Shown: positions 1-9,909 of the stretch, piece after piece
How positions within the stretch are numbered: position 1 is the first letter of the stretch
How the letters are laid out: every line of letters starts with the position of its first letter
Virus record (IMG/VR): IMGVR_UViG_3300028559_000029
Coordinates: 6,744 to 70,743 of that record
Length of the DNA: 64,000 nucleotides
Origin: a virus
Strand: one strand, 5' to 3'
The notes under the pieces: generated by a model
Seen by the model: only the letters and a program-made list of their open reading frames with translations
Databases searched by the model: none
Told to the model about the DNA's origin: nothing
Translations under genes and position numbers: made by a program

Positions 1-1
1 A

Positions 2-685
2 ATGCCTACATGCAAAATAGATCAGTGGAATATTATAGGCAAATTAGGACCAATAACCTTTGAACAAAAGACTCAAACGCTTAAAAACCAACAATATATT
101 TCTAATTTTAAAATTGTTATACTAAATGTACAACATACCGCACAACCAAAACAAGCAACTTCATTGAATCCTACTGCTTCTTATGAAAATGAATTAGAAT
201 TTATCATTAATAGCGAAAGAAGAAATCAAATTATCTGTAAATTAGCAGATAAATTGACAAATAACACTCTTATAATGGTTGATAGGCTAGCACATGGAGA
301 AATTTTAGAAAGTATGATGAAAGAAATTTCTAAAGATAAAACCCCTATATATTTTATTAGAGGATCTACAGAGATGCAAGATCGTGAAGAGATAAGATCT
401 CTCATGAATGAACGAAATGATATCATTATTATAGCCATTTCAAAAATTTTTAGCACGGGAATCAATATTCCAAATCTTCACAACATTATTTTTGCTTCAG
501 CAGGAAAGGCAAAGATAAAAATTATGCAATCCATCGGAAGAGCACTGAGATTGCACCCAACCAAAAAAATGGCAAACATATTTGATATTTCGGATAATAC
601 AAAATATGCAAAATTGCATTTAATAGAAAGAAAAAAAATATACAACACAGAAAATTATGAATACACGGAAAAAAAAATATCGTAA
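2..685 (+). CDS. uvsW: UvsW-like SF2 DNA helicase, C-terminal part (truncated by window start)
   Basis: SF2 motifs FSTGINIPNLHNIIFAS and QSIGRALR, plus FDISD; directly upstream of gp55/gp47 as in marine T4-like phages. Confidence 0.9.
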   Translation: MPTCKIDQWNIIGKLGPITFEQKTQTLKNQQYISNFKIVILNVQHTAQPKQATSLNPTASYENELEFIINSERRNQIICKLADKLTNNTLIMVDRLAHGEILESMMKEISKDKTPIYFIRGSTEMQDREEIRSLMNERNDIIIIAISKIFSTGINIPNLHNIIFASAGKAKIKIMQSIGRALRLHPTKKMANIFDISDNTKYAKLHLIERKKIYNTENYEYTEKKIS

Positions 686-1295
686 AGCAAAAGCACTAAA
701 AAATGATGATTTCATCGAATACTCGGAAGAAGAAGCTGAGTATTTAGGGTTAGATTTAAAAAAAGAAAATGATGATTCTGACGAAGATCGATTAGATGAT
801 GATGAAATTGTTAGTAAAGATGAAGATGATGAAGAGGTAGAGATCAAAATTGATTATGATAAAAAACCTAAGAATAAAAAAAAGGCAGATAAAGAAAAGT
901 TTTATGTAGATCCAAAAAATTTTGATACTAAAATTTTGGAATATTATGAAAGTGGAGTACTTTCTGATGAATTAGCGGAGATGGTTAGCAAGATCGCTCA
1001 CAAACTAAGTTATGCTCCTAATTTTATAAATTATTCATACCGAGAAGAGATGGTAGGAGATGGTGTTATCAGAATGTTTAAAGCATTGATGTCTAAAAAA
1101 TATAATCATGCAAAAGGAACAAATCCTTTTTCATATTTTACAAGAATTGCATTCAATGCATTTAGAAATAGAATTAAAAAGGAAAAACACATACACGAAA
1201 CACATGAAAAATACAAAAATGAATTTTTAATGTTTTCTGAAGGCTATAATAATCTTGTAAAAAATAATAAGACAAATAATATCAATAGAGAATGA
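657..1295 (+). CDS. gp55: T4 gp55-like late-transcription sigma factor with acidic N-terminal extension
   Basis: KIAHKLSYAPNFINYSYREEMVGDG and NPFSYFTRIAFNAFRNRIKKEK are typical gp55 motifs. Confidence 0.9.
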   Translation: MNTRKKKYRKAKALKNDDFIEYSEEEAEYLGLDLKKENDDSDEDRLDDDEIVSKDEDDEEVEIKIDYDKKPKNKKKADKEKFYVDPKNFDTKILEYYESGVLSDELAEMVSKIAHKLSYAPNFINYSYREEMVGDGVIRMFKALMSKKYNHAKGTNPFSYFTRIAFNAFRNRIKKEKHIHETHEKYKNEFLMFSEGYNNLVKNNKTNNINRE

Positions 1296-2341
1296 GTTTA
1301 AAAGGTAAAAACATAGGAATATTTTCGGATATTCACATAGGATTAGGTCAAGATAGCTCGACATGGCACGATATTGTTTTGGATTTTGCTAAATGGGCTA
1401 CCAAAATTTATTCCGAAGCAGGGATAAATGATATTATTATTACTGGTGATATATTTCACAATAGAAGTGAAATAGGCGTTAATACCATTTCGGTTGCTAA
1501 TGAATTTTTTGAAATTTTAAAGGATTTTAGAATTTTTATTTCAGTTGGAAATCATGACAGTTTTTACAAAGACAGATCTGATGTTAATTCAGTCAGTATG
1601 CTAAAAGGATGGAAAAATATTACTATTGTTGATAAAAAACCTCTTATTATAGAATATAAAAACAAAAAAATTTCTTTAATTCCGTGGGGAACTTCAATTG
1701 AAGATATTCCTAAATCTGATATTTGCTTTGGACATTTTGAAATTCAAAGTTTCTATATGAATAATTTTAAAACGTGTGATCATGGGTTTGAATCATCAAA
1801 TATTTTAGAAAAATCTCCATTAGTGTTTTCCGGCCACTTTCACAAGAAGGATGATAGAAAATACAATAAAGGTAGAATTGTTTATGTAGGAAGTCCATTC
1901 CAACAGAACTATGGAGATGCAGGGGATGATAGGGGAATTTATATTTTCAATATAGAAAACGAAGAATTAAAGTTCGTAGAAAATACGATTTCGCCTAAAC
2001 ATATAAAGATATTTTTAAGTAAATTGCGTGATAAAACGCAGGATGGTGATTATTTAAAGAATAATGTACCAAATAATATGGTATCTTTGATAATAGATGA
2101 GGAAATTCCGAATAATAAAATAGATTTATTAACTGCAAATATACAAAAATTTAACCCAAAGGCATTTAAACTTGATTATAAATCCGTTGTAGAAGAAAAA
2201 CTTGAAAATTCTGATATTATAGATTATAATCTATTAGATATGGAAAAAAATATAGAAGATTTTGTAAACTCAATAGATATTGAGCATAAATCTGATATTA
2301 TAGACTATCTAAACAATTTATACAAAGAACTAATAGCATGA
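1292..2341 (+). CDS. gp47: gp47 recombination endonuclease subunit (Mre11/SbcD-like metallophosphoesterase)
   Basis: SDIHIG, GDIFHNR, GNHD, GHFE, SGHFH, YVGSPFQ motifs. Confidence 0.92.
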   Translation: MSLKGKNIGIFSDIHIGLGQDSSTWHDIVLDFAKWATKIYSEAGINDIIITGDIFHNRSEIGVNTISVANEFFEILKDFRIFISVGNHDSFYKDRSDVNSVSMLKGWKNITIVDKKPLIIEYKNKKISLIPWGTSIEDIPKSDICFGHFEIQSFYMNNFKTCDHGFESSNILEKSPLVFSGHFHKKDDRKYNKGRIVYVGSPFQQNYGDAGDDRGIYIFNIENEELKFVENTISPKHIKIFLSKLRDKTQDGDYLKNNVPNNMVSLIIDEEIPNNKIDLLTANIQKFNPKAFKLDYKSVVEEKLENSDIIDYNLLDMEKNIEDFVNSIDIEHKSDIIDYLNNLYKELIA

Positions 2342-3090
2342 ATGATAAAATAGGAATAGGAATTATTGATATATATGAACAAGAAGACTTGGATTCTTGT
2401 TATTCTTCAATACCAACAGAACTAAAAGAAAACGTTTTTGTTGTTTCATCAACAAAAAATAAAATGGTAAACGATCAGTATAGAGTATATGGAGAGGTTT
2501 CCATGGCAACCCTAAGAAACTGGTTGATTTCTCAGTTTAGAATTAAAAAATACAAATATTTTTTCTTACTTCACTCAAATCAAATAGTAGATGATCCAAA
2601 CATTTTTGAAAAAACCATAAAATTAGGAGAAACGTTTGGAACTTGGTTTATTCTAGGCGATGGAAAGCACGGTCTTCCGCTGGAAGATGAGAATAGCGGA
2701 GCAACTCTATATGCTTCTCCAGAACTTAATAGTGAATTTATGTTCATGCTTTCCGGTATTATCAGTAATAATGGGTATTTCGATGAAAGATTCTACAATA
2801 CAAAAGATTTGGATGTTTTGGATTACGTAATAAGATTGCGTAAAAAAGGAGTATATCTTCCTGACAATTATCATCCAACAATTGGAGAAGGATTGAAAAA
2901 AAGCTACAATTTCATTAAAAGAATAGGACACAAAGAACTTCCAGATACTCATAGAAGCGTTGCTTTGTCGTATGCGTATTTTGTTCACAATAACAAGTAT
3001 ATACCCGGTCAAAATGATCCAACTGGAGTTACACAAGAACAGTTATTGCATTCATTAGAAACCTTACAAAAGAATTATGCAAAAAAATAA
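2338..3090 (+). CDS. Degenerate GT2-like glycosyltransferase paralog (DxD motif missing)
   Basis: KIGIGII N-terminus and GYFDERFYN..LDY motif shared with the next two ORFs; LLHSNQ where the paralogs have LMEDD/LIEDD. Confidence 0.55.
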   Translation: MNDKIGIGIIDIYEQEDLDSCYSSIPTELKENVFVVSSTKNKMVNDQYRVYGEVSMATLRNWLISQFRIKKYKYFFLLHSNQIVDDPNIFEKTIKLGETFGTWFILGDGKHGLPLEDENSGATLYASPELNSEFMFMLSGIISNNGYFDERFYNTKDLDVLDYVIRLRKKGVYLPDNYHPTIGEGLKKSYNFIKRIGHKELPDTHRSVALSYAYFVHNNKYIPGQNDPTGVTQEQLLHSLETLQKNYAKK

Positions 3091-3928
3091 AATAGGTTTA
3101 GCGTTAATTACGTGTGATCGTTATAATTTTTTACAAAAAAGTTTAACATCAGTTTTAAAACATACCAATACATTTGAAAGTAATTTTTTTAAACTCATTG
3201 TAATAGATGATACCCCACCTTCTTTACGAGATAATAGCGTTTATGAAGGATTAGGGGTAGAAGTCATACATACTCAGGGAAAGGAAGGGGTAGGAATAGC
3301 CAAAAATTATGGACTTAAAGGTTTAAGTGATGCTGAATGTGAACATATCTTTCTTATGGAAGATGATGTTGAGCTTTTAGATCATAAAATTTTTGATTTA
3401 TACATTAACGCAGCAAAGACAACAGGAATAAAACATTTAAATTTTGGACTCCATGGAAACCATAATAGAAATTTAAACGGTGATCCCGTTTCTAGAAGAA
3501 TTATAAATTATCCAGATCAAACTAAAATTATTCTATATCCAAATATATTAGGAGCATTTAGTTATTATCATATAGATACCCTGAAAGATGTTGGACTCAT
3601 CGATGAACAATTTTATAATGCATTGGAACATGTAGATCACACATATCAAATCATCAAAGCAGGATATCATCCTCATTTTAGATGGTTTGCTGACGTGCAA
3701 GATGCGGAAAATTATCTTAAAGATATTGTTCCTGATCATCAAAATAGCAAAATAAGATCTCAAGAAGACTTTGCAGAAAATTTCTTAAAAAATCATGAGA
3801 GATTTGTTAAGAAAAACAATTTTGCGGTTGTTCAAGGATATGGACCAGTAGAAAACGAATATACAGAAGAAGAAGTTGTTAAAAATTTACAAGAAATATG
3901 GAAAAACCATGCGGAAAAATTGGCGTAG
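3077..3928 (+). CDS. GT2 (GT-A fold) glycosyltransferase
   Basis: ITCDR, VIDD, GVGIAKN, HIFLMEDDV, GLIDEQF..ALEHVD. Confidence 0.85.
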   Translation: MQKNKIGLALITCDRYNFLQKSLTSVLKHTNTFESNFFKLIVIDDTPPSLRDNSVYEGLGVEVIHTQGKEGVGIAKNYGLKGLSDAECEHIFLMEDDVELLDHKIFDLYINAAKTTGIKHLNFGLHGNHNRNLNGDPVSRRIINYPDQTKIILYPNILGAFSYYHIDTLKDVGLIDEQFYNALEHVDHTYQIIKAGYHPHFRWFADVQDAENYLKDIVPDHQNSKIRSQEDFAENFLKNHERFVKKNNFAVVQGYGPVENEYTEEEVVKNLQEIWKNHAEKLA

Positions 3929-5373
3929 GGATTATAACTTATAATAGACCTGAGTATTATTCTCAAGTATTAAAAAGCATTCCAAGAGACAGGATAGATG
4001 CTCTTGTTATTGTTAATGATGGTAAAAATTCATATGTAAATGAATTGGATGGTGATTATGTCATAAAACACAATGCTCAATTAGGAGTTTCTGTTTCTAA
4101 AAACCATGCCTTGCATTTTTTAATAGAAAAATTTGATTGTGAGTATCTATTTCTGATTGAAGATGACATTATCATTAAAGATCCAAATGTATTTGATGAA
4201 TATATCAAAACTGCAAACTCTACAGGAATACATCATTTGTGTTATGAAAAGGTAGCAGGTAACGAAAAAACATTAAAATATGTCTTAGAGCAGTGTGATG
4301 GAACTAAAGTAGGATTTTATCACAATCCACAGGGGGCATTTATGTATATAAATGCCAATCTTATTAAAAAATTAGGATATTTTGATGAATCCTATATAAA
4401 TGCATTTGAGCATGTGGATTTTGAATATAATTTAATAAAAAAAAACGTTGCTCCACCTTTTTGGTATTTTCCTGACGTGTTGAACAGCAATGATTATTTA
4501 ACAGATATAGAAGGAAGCAGCGATAACTCTTCTATAACCAATAAAGAAAATTACAAAGAAAATGTTGAAAGGTCTGCAAGCCATTTTGTTAAAAAATGGG
4601 GACACTTTACCAATCAAATAGAGCCTGTTAGTAAAGATGAATTAGAAAACACTCTTTCCTTTTTACAATCAAATTATAGCAGGAAAAAAACTATAAATAA
4701 AAGCAAAAAACTTTCTGTTATAATACCATATAGAGATAGGAAAAAGGCATTAGACTTGTTAATACCAAAATTAAAGGGTTACATAGCAAAACAAGTAGAG
4801 AATTTTGAATTAATAGTAGCAGAACAAAATGATGATGAACTTTTTAATAAAGGACTTATTAATAACATAGCCTTTTTATTAAATCCAAATTCAGATTACT
4901 ACTGTTTTCATGATGTAGACTTATTGCCAGAGGTTGCTGATTACTCATACCCTGTAAATCCTGTTCACATGAGCACTTATTGTAGTCAGTTCAATTATAT
5001 CGAAGACCCTGCTGCTCTTATGGGTGGTGTGATTGTTTTTAGAAAAGAACATTTCGAGTTAGTAAATGGGTATCCAATAAATTGTGTGGGTTGGGGGTCT
5101 GAAGACAATATATTAGGAGAAAGAGTAAAAAAATCTGAATTAAATGTGTATAGATATCCGTTTGGAAGGTTTTATTCTGTTCCACACACTCCCAGAATAC
5201 AAAATCCTATAGAATGGGAAGCGCATTTAAAAAATGGAAAAATAAGAGAAGATGAAATAGCAGGGAAGGTACATTTAAAAGACAATGGATTGTCTAACAT
5301 AAATTTAAAATACTTTGAAATTTTAATAGAAAATTTTAATGACTATAAACACCTTAAAGTTAAAAAAACTTGA
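3898..5373 (+). CDS. Two-domain glycosyltransferase: N-terminal GT2 plus C-terminal GT7 (beta-1,4-galactosyltransferase-like)
   Basis: N-term ITYNR/VNDG/LIEDD; C-term VIIPYRDR, FNKGLINN, CFHDVDLLP, VNGYP..GWGSEDN (GT7 signature). Confidence 0.85.
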   Translation: MEKPCGKIGVGIITYNRPEYYSQVLKSIPRDRIDALVIVNDGKNSYVNELDGDYVIKHNAQLGVSVSKNHALHFLIEKFDCEYLFLIEDDIIIKDPNVFDEYIKTANSTGIHHLCYEKVAGNEKTLKYVLEQCDGTKVGFYHNPQGAFMYINANLIKKLGYFDESYINAFEHVDFEYNLIKKNVAPPFWYFPDVLNSNDYLTDIEGSSDNSSITNKENYKENVERSASHFVKKWGHFTNQIEPVSKDELENTLSFLQSNYSRKKTINKSKKLSVIIPYRDRKKALDLLIPKLKGYIAKQVENFELIVAEQNDDELFNKGLINNIAFLLNPNSDYYCFHDVDLLPEVADYSYPVNPVHMSTYCSQFNYIEDPAALMGGVIVFRKEHFELVNGYPINCVGWGSEDNILGERVKKSELNVYRYPFGRFYSVPHTPRIQNPIEWEAHLKNGKIREDEIAGKVHLKDNGLSNINLKYFEILIENFNDYKHLKVKKT

Positions 5374-5413
5374 ATATTTTATAAAATAGTATAAAATATT
5401 ACTTAATTTGAGT

Positions 5414-5956
5414 ATGAATAAAAGATTATCTATATTAACAGTAACACTAAACCAACGATTGCCTGTTTTTCAAAATTTAGCCAGAATACTAAAGGCTCAA
5501 TCAAACGATTCGGTGGAAATGTTGGCGGTTTGTGATAACGGAGAAAGATCCATAGGAGCAAAAAGAAACGACTTACTAGAAGCAGCAAAGGGCGATTATG
5601 TAGTTTTTGTCGATGATGATGACATGGTTTCTCCTTTTTATGTTTTTGGCATATTAGAAGCAATAAAATCAAATCCAGATTGTTGCGGAATCGAAGGAAT
5701 TATAACTCAACATAAAATCGGACCTAAAAAATTTATACATTCTCTAAGATATCAAGATTGGTTCGAAGAAAATGATATTTATTATAGATGTCCAAATCAT
5801 TTAAATCCTATTAAAAGGGAAATAGCACTTGATGTAAGATTTCCAGATGCTTATTATGCAGAAGATAAAGCATTTTCATATGGATTACAAGGAAAGTTAA
5901 AAACAGAAACTTATATACAAGGTCCAATATATTACTATTACCCATCTAGCACATAA
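5414..5956 (+). CDS. GT2 glycosyltransferase (small)
   Basis: LSILTVT, IGAKRNDLLEAAKGDYVVFVDDDD, AED; ATG at 5414 preferred to TTG at 5408. Confidence 0.85.
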   Translation: MNKRLSILTVTLNQRLPVFQNLARILKAQSNDSVEMLAVCDNGERSIGAKRNDLLEAAKGDYVVFVDDDDMVSPFYVFGILEAIKSNPDCCGIEGIITQHKIGPKKFIHSLRYQDWFEENDIYYRCPNHLNPIKREIALDVRFPDAYYAEDKAFSYGLQGKLKTETYIQGPIYYYYPSST

Positions 5957-5958
5957 TT

Positions 5959-7281
5959 ATGAAATCAAACTTAAAACTATTAATTAAATTTCCAACCAGA
6001 GGAAGACCTGAAAAATTTTTTTCTGTATTGGACAAATATATAGAAATGTCTGAAAATATTTCTAAAACTGCATTTTTAATATCAATGGATAGCGATGATT
6101 CTTCTATGAATAACTCTTCTATTATTGATATATTAGAAGGTTATAGAAGTAGAATTAAATTAGCATATTTTTTTGGTGATAGTAAAACCAAAATTCAAGC
6201 TTGTAATGCTGATGTGGATAAAATAACTGGTTGGGATATTATAATGTTAGCATCTGATGACATGATTCCGATGGTTAGGGGATATGATCAAATAGTTCGT
6301 AATGACATGTATGAAAACTTTAAAAATACTGATGGAGTTCTTTGGTATAATGATGGCGGACAAAATAATATAAATACATTGTCTATTTTAGGTCGAAAAT
6401 ATTACAATAGATTTGGATTTATATACAATCCTGAATATATAAGCCTTTGGTGTGATAATGAATTTACTGATATATCAATTAAACTGGGAAAAGTGTATAG
6501 ATCACAAGAGGTAATAATAGAGCATCAACACCCTGCATATCAAAAAACTAATTTTGATCAATTATATGTAAGAAACGAATCGTATTTCAACATAGATAAA
6601 GAAACTTATATTAAAAGAAGTGAACGAAAATTTGATTTGAAAGATGTTTTGGTGTATGTAGGAGCACATACGGGAAATAGTTTGCAAAACTATGTAGATA
6701 GTTATGATGAAATATATGCATTTGAAGCAAATCCAAATTTTTGCGAGTATTTAAAACAAAGATTTAACCCGAATAAAAATGTAAAAATAATAAATGCTGC
6801 AATTTGTGAAAAACACAATGAATTTATAGATTTTAATATTTCCAAGAACAATGGTGATTCTAGTTCTATTTTAAAAGCAAATAAAGAATCAAATTTATTT
6901 GATTTGATAGAAAGTAATCAAACAATAAAGGTTCCTACTATTAATTTAAAAAATTTCCTAGAGGAAAGAAATATTAAAATGATAAAATCTTATATAAGTG
7001 ATACACAAGGATATGATTTTATCATTTTAAAAACATTAAAAAATTTGACTGATGATGGATTGATAGAAGAAATACAATGTGAAGTCGAAAAGAATAATAG
7101 CCCAACCATATATGTTAATGAAAACACAGAAAATCAAAACAAAGAGAAAAATTTTGATGAATTTTTAAAGGAAAACTACACAAAAGTAGCAACCGGATGG
7201 GGAACTCTAGTAGAAAATAAATTTGAAATCGTACCAGAAGATTGGTCTGAATTTGATGCTAAATGGAAATTAAAAAATTAA
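5959..7281 (+). CDS. Fusion of a GT-A glycosyltransferase and an FkbM-family methyltransferase
   Basis: N-term KFPTRGRP, LASDDMIP, SLWCDNE; C-term YVGAHTG, YAFEANP, NAAI, SDTQGYDF, CEV. Confidence 0.8.
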   Translation: MKSNLKLLIKFPTRGRPEKFFSVLDKYIEMSENISKTAFLISMDSDDSSMNNSSIIDILEGYRSRIKLAYFFGDSKTKIQACNADVDKITGWDIIMLASDDMIPMVRGYDQIVRNDMYENFKNTDGVLWYNDGGQNNINTLSILGRKYYNRFGFIYNPEYISLWCDNEFTDISIKLGKVYRSQEVIIEHQHPAYQKTNFDQLYVRNESYFNIDKETYIKRSERKFDLKDVLVYVGAHTGNSLQNYVDSYDEIYAFEANPNFCEYLKQRFNPNKNVKIINAAICEKHNEFIDFNISKNNGDSSSILKANKESNLFDLIESNQTIKVPTINLKNFLEERNIKMIKSYISDTQGYDFIILKTLKNLTDDGLIEEIQCEVEKNNSPTIYVNENTENQNKEKNFDEFLKENYTKVATGWGTLVENKFEIVPEDWSEFDAKWKLKN

Positions 7282-7943
7282 TAACTTTTTGTGTATATGG
7301 AACCCATCCCATGTACAGTGTTGGTGCATTAAAAAATGCAGAATTGGCATTAAAATTATATCCGGATTGGATCTGTAGATTTTATGTCTTTAAAGAATGT
7401 TTTCATCTGATACCAGATTTAGAAAAGTTTACAAACACTGAAATTGTATCATGTAATAGAAAAGGCAGTCACTATTCTATGATGTATAGATTTTTGCCGT
7501 TTGGAGAAAAGGATGTCGAGTATTTCATGTCTAGAGACACTGATTCTAGATTGAGTTATAGGGAAAAAGAAGCTGTTGATGAATGGTTGGCATCAAATAA
7601 AACATTTCATATAATGAAAGATCATCCCAAATATCATCGCACACCAGATTATCCAATACTAGGTGGTATGTTTGGTGCAAAGGGAAATATCATTGAAAAT
7701 GCTCAACAAAAAATTATTGATTATGTAAACAATAATAAAGATATGCATGGTATGGATCAGTATTTTTTACATTCTATATACCATCAGTTCGCATATAATG
7801 ATAATATAACACATGACTGTGAGTTTCCATCTCCGAGAAATGTTGAAAGAGATAAAATATGGTTTATAGGTCAACCTATTGATGAAAATGAAAATTTTTT
7901 TGGACCATCAGAAGATTATATTAAAAAATTAAACGAAAATTAA
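7263..7943 (+). CDS. Putative GT-A-like protein
   Basis: YSVGALKNA..YPDWICRFY, YRFLPF, SRDTDSR (DxD), ILGGMFG, DQYFL; lies inside the glycan island. Confidence 0.55.
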   Translation: MEIKKLITFCVYGTHPMYSVGALKNAELALKLYPDWICRFYVFKECFHLIPDLEKFTNTEIVSCNRKGSHYSMMYRFLPFGEKDVEYFMSRDTDSRLSYREKEAVDEWLASNKTFHIMKDHPKYHRTPDYPILGGMFGAKGNIIENAQQKIIDYVNNNKDMHGMDQYFLHSIYHQFAYNDNITHDCEFPSPRNVERDKIWFIGQPIDENENFFGPSEDYIKKLNEN

Positions 7944-7945
7944 AA

Positions 7946-8842
7946 ATGAAAAGTTTAGTTACTGGTGGTAAAGGATTCATAGGAAGTAGACTGGTTAAAA
8001 AATTATTAGAAGAAAATGATTCTGTATTTGTCATAGACAATAATAGTTCGAATAATAATAATAATTTTATCATTAATGATGCATGTTATTATGATGAGGA
8101 TCTGAAAAATTTTGATAATATTCTGCCTTTATTTGAAGGAGTGGATAGATGCTTTCACTTAGCAGCAGATATATCAATTGATTATTGCAATAAATCACCA
8201 AGAGAAAGTGGATTAAACAATTCAAATATAACATTAAACACTTTAGAAGCATGTAGATTAAATAATGTTAAAAAATTTATATTTTCTTCTACTTCTGCTG
8301 TGTATAAAAATAATTTTGAAAAAAATATTTATAAAGAAGACGATGAAACAAATCCATTAAACATGTATTCGGCTTCAAAATTGTACGGAGAAAATCTTTG
8401 CAAAATTTATTATAATCTTTATGGAATAGAAACCATTTCACTCAGATATTTTAATGTTTATGGAGACAACAATTCGATTAGTCCATATTCTTCGGTTTTA
8501 GTAAATTTTTTGAACAATAAAAAAGAAAAAAAACCATTACTAATATATGGAGATGGATTACAGACTAGAGATTTTGTTAATGTAGATGATGTTGTTGATA
8601 TTAATATTAAAGCATCTAGAACTTGTTTAAATGAATATGGAGAAGTGTTCAATGTAGGTACTGGAAAATCCATTTCAATTGAAAAATTAGCATCATTGAT
8701 ATCAAATGATATCAAATTTACAGAACAAAAAAAAGCAGAATTAAAAAATAGTTGTGCTAATATAGATAAAACCAAAGACCATTTAGATTGGACTGCAAAA
8801 ATTTTGATACAAGAATGGTTAGAAGGTATATTTAAAGTATGA
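7946..8842 (+). CDS. NAD-dependent nucleotide-sugar epimerase/dehydratase (GalE-like extended SDR)
   Basis: VTGGKGFIG, HLAA, SSTSAVY, YSASK (YxxxK), LRYFNVYG, GDGLQTRDFV. Confidence 0.92.
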   Translation: MKSLVTGGKGFIGSRLVKKLLEENDSVFVIDNNSSNNNNNFIINDACYYDEDLKNFDNILPLFEGVDRCFHLAADISIDYCNKSPRESGLNNSNITLNTLEACRLNNVKKFIFSSTSAVYKNNFEKNIYKEDDETNPLNMYSASKLYGENLCKIYYNLYGIETISLRYFNVYGDNNSISPYSSVLVNFLNNKKEKKPLLIYGDGLQTRDFVNVDDVVDINIKASRTCLNEYGEVFNVGTGKSISIEKLASLISNDIKFTEQKKAELKNSCANIDKTKDHLDWTAKILIQEWLEGIFKV

Positions 8843-9909
8843 ATTTTTTCAACATAGATTTACACATATCCATCATAGCTGATATGAAAAAAATATTTAC
8901 GGATAGTGGACATACCGTATACGATAAATCATTGTCAGAACATACTTGGGTTTTTAATAGAAAAAAAGATAGCATTCCCATGCTCGATAATTCTAGATGG
9001 ATGCATCTTACACCAGAACAATTTTCGAATGAATTTTATAATTTATATAAAGATCAAATAGAAAACAAAGTTGATGCTTTTATTGTAACATACCCTCCGA
9101 TATTTTCATTGCTGTATAAACACTTCAATAAGCCTATTATTATAAATAATCCCATCAGGTATGAATGGCCTTTTTCATTTAGGAAAAATGATTGGGAATA
9201 TTTCAATAACTTCTTAAGAGAAGGAGTTGATAATAAAAAAATTTTTCTCGTTGCAAATAATATTCATGACAAAAAATACATGGAAGATTTTATCGAAAGA
9301 GAGGTAGAACATATTCCTAGTATTTGTGATTATTATGGATCATTATATGAACAAACTGGTAATACTTTTATATATTATTCTAGAAATAAAATATCAGAAA
9401 TAACCAACCCTAACATAAAATATAAAGATGATTTATTCAAATCACATACACATAATGATTTAGTAAAGCATAGGGGAATAATACACATACCATATCAAAT
9501 TTCTTATATGTCTATTTTTGAACAATATACATCAAATATACCATTATTTTTTCCTACTAAAAAATTTTTAATGGAACTTTATATAGAAAATAAATATAGT
9601 GTTCTTAAAGAAGTTTCTTGGAACAATTATTGCGGAGAAGCGAGTAAATCTTTCATAGAATACAAAGGAAATCACGATCCTAATGATTATAATAACAATG
9701 AATCTGTAATGGAATGGTTAAAATATGCAGATTTTTATGACGAGGAATGGATGCCATATATTACATATTTTTCTTCATTTGAAGAATTAAATTCAATTGT
9801 AAATACTGTCGATGTTAATAAAATTTCAAATAATATGAAAAATTTTAATGAAACTAGAAAGTCTTTAATCTATAAAAAGTGGGATATTCTTATAAACAAA
9901 ATAAAATGA
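8839..9909 (+). CDS. Hypothetical protein, possibly GT-B-like, in the glycan island
   Basis: 356-aa ORF; GIIHIPYQISYMSIFEQY..NIPLFFP resembles a GT-B C-terminal donor-binding segment. Confidence 0.45.
   Translation: MNFFNIDLHISIIADMKKIFTDSGHTVYDKSLSEHTWVFNRKKDSIPMLDNSRWMHLTPEQFSNEFYNLYKDQIENKVDAFIVTYPPIFSLLYKHFNKPIIINNPIRYEWPFSFRKNDWEYFNNFLREGVDNKKIFLVANNIHDKKYMEDFIEREVEHIPSICDYYGSLYEQTGNTFIYYSRNKISEITNPNIKYKDDLFKSHTHNDLVKHRGIIHIPYQISYMSIFEQYTSNIPLFFPTKKFLMELYIENKYSVLKEVSWNNYCGEASKSFIEYKGNHDPNDYNNNESVMEWLKYADFYDEEWMPYITYFSSFEELNSIVNTVDVNKISNNMKNFNETRKSLIYKKWDILINKIK

Noticed and set aside
3898-3930. Possible frameshift or phase variation at the junction of the second and third GT2 genes (ATG at 3909 is one A out of frame)
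   Set aside because: An in-frame ATG at 3898 already gives a complete protein, and an A5 run is unremarkable in this genome
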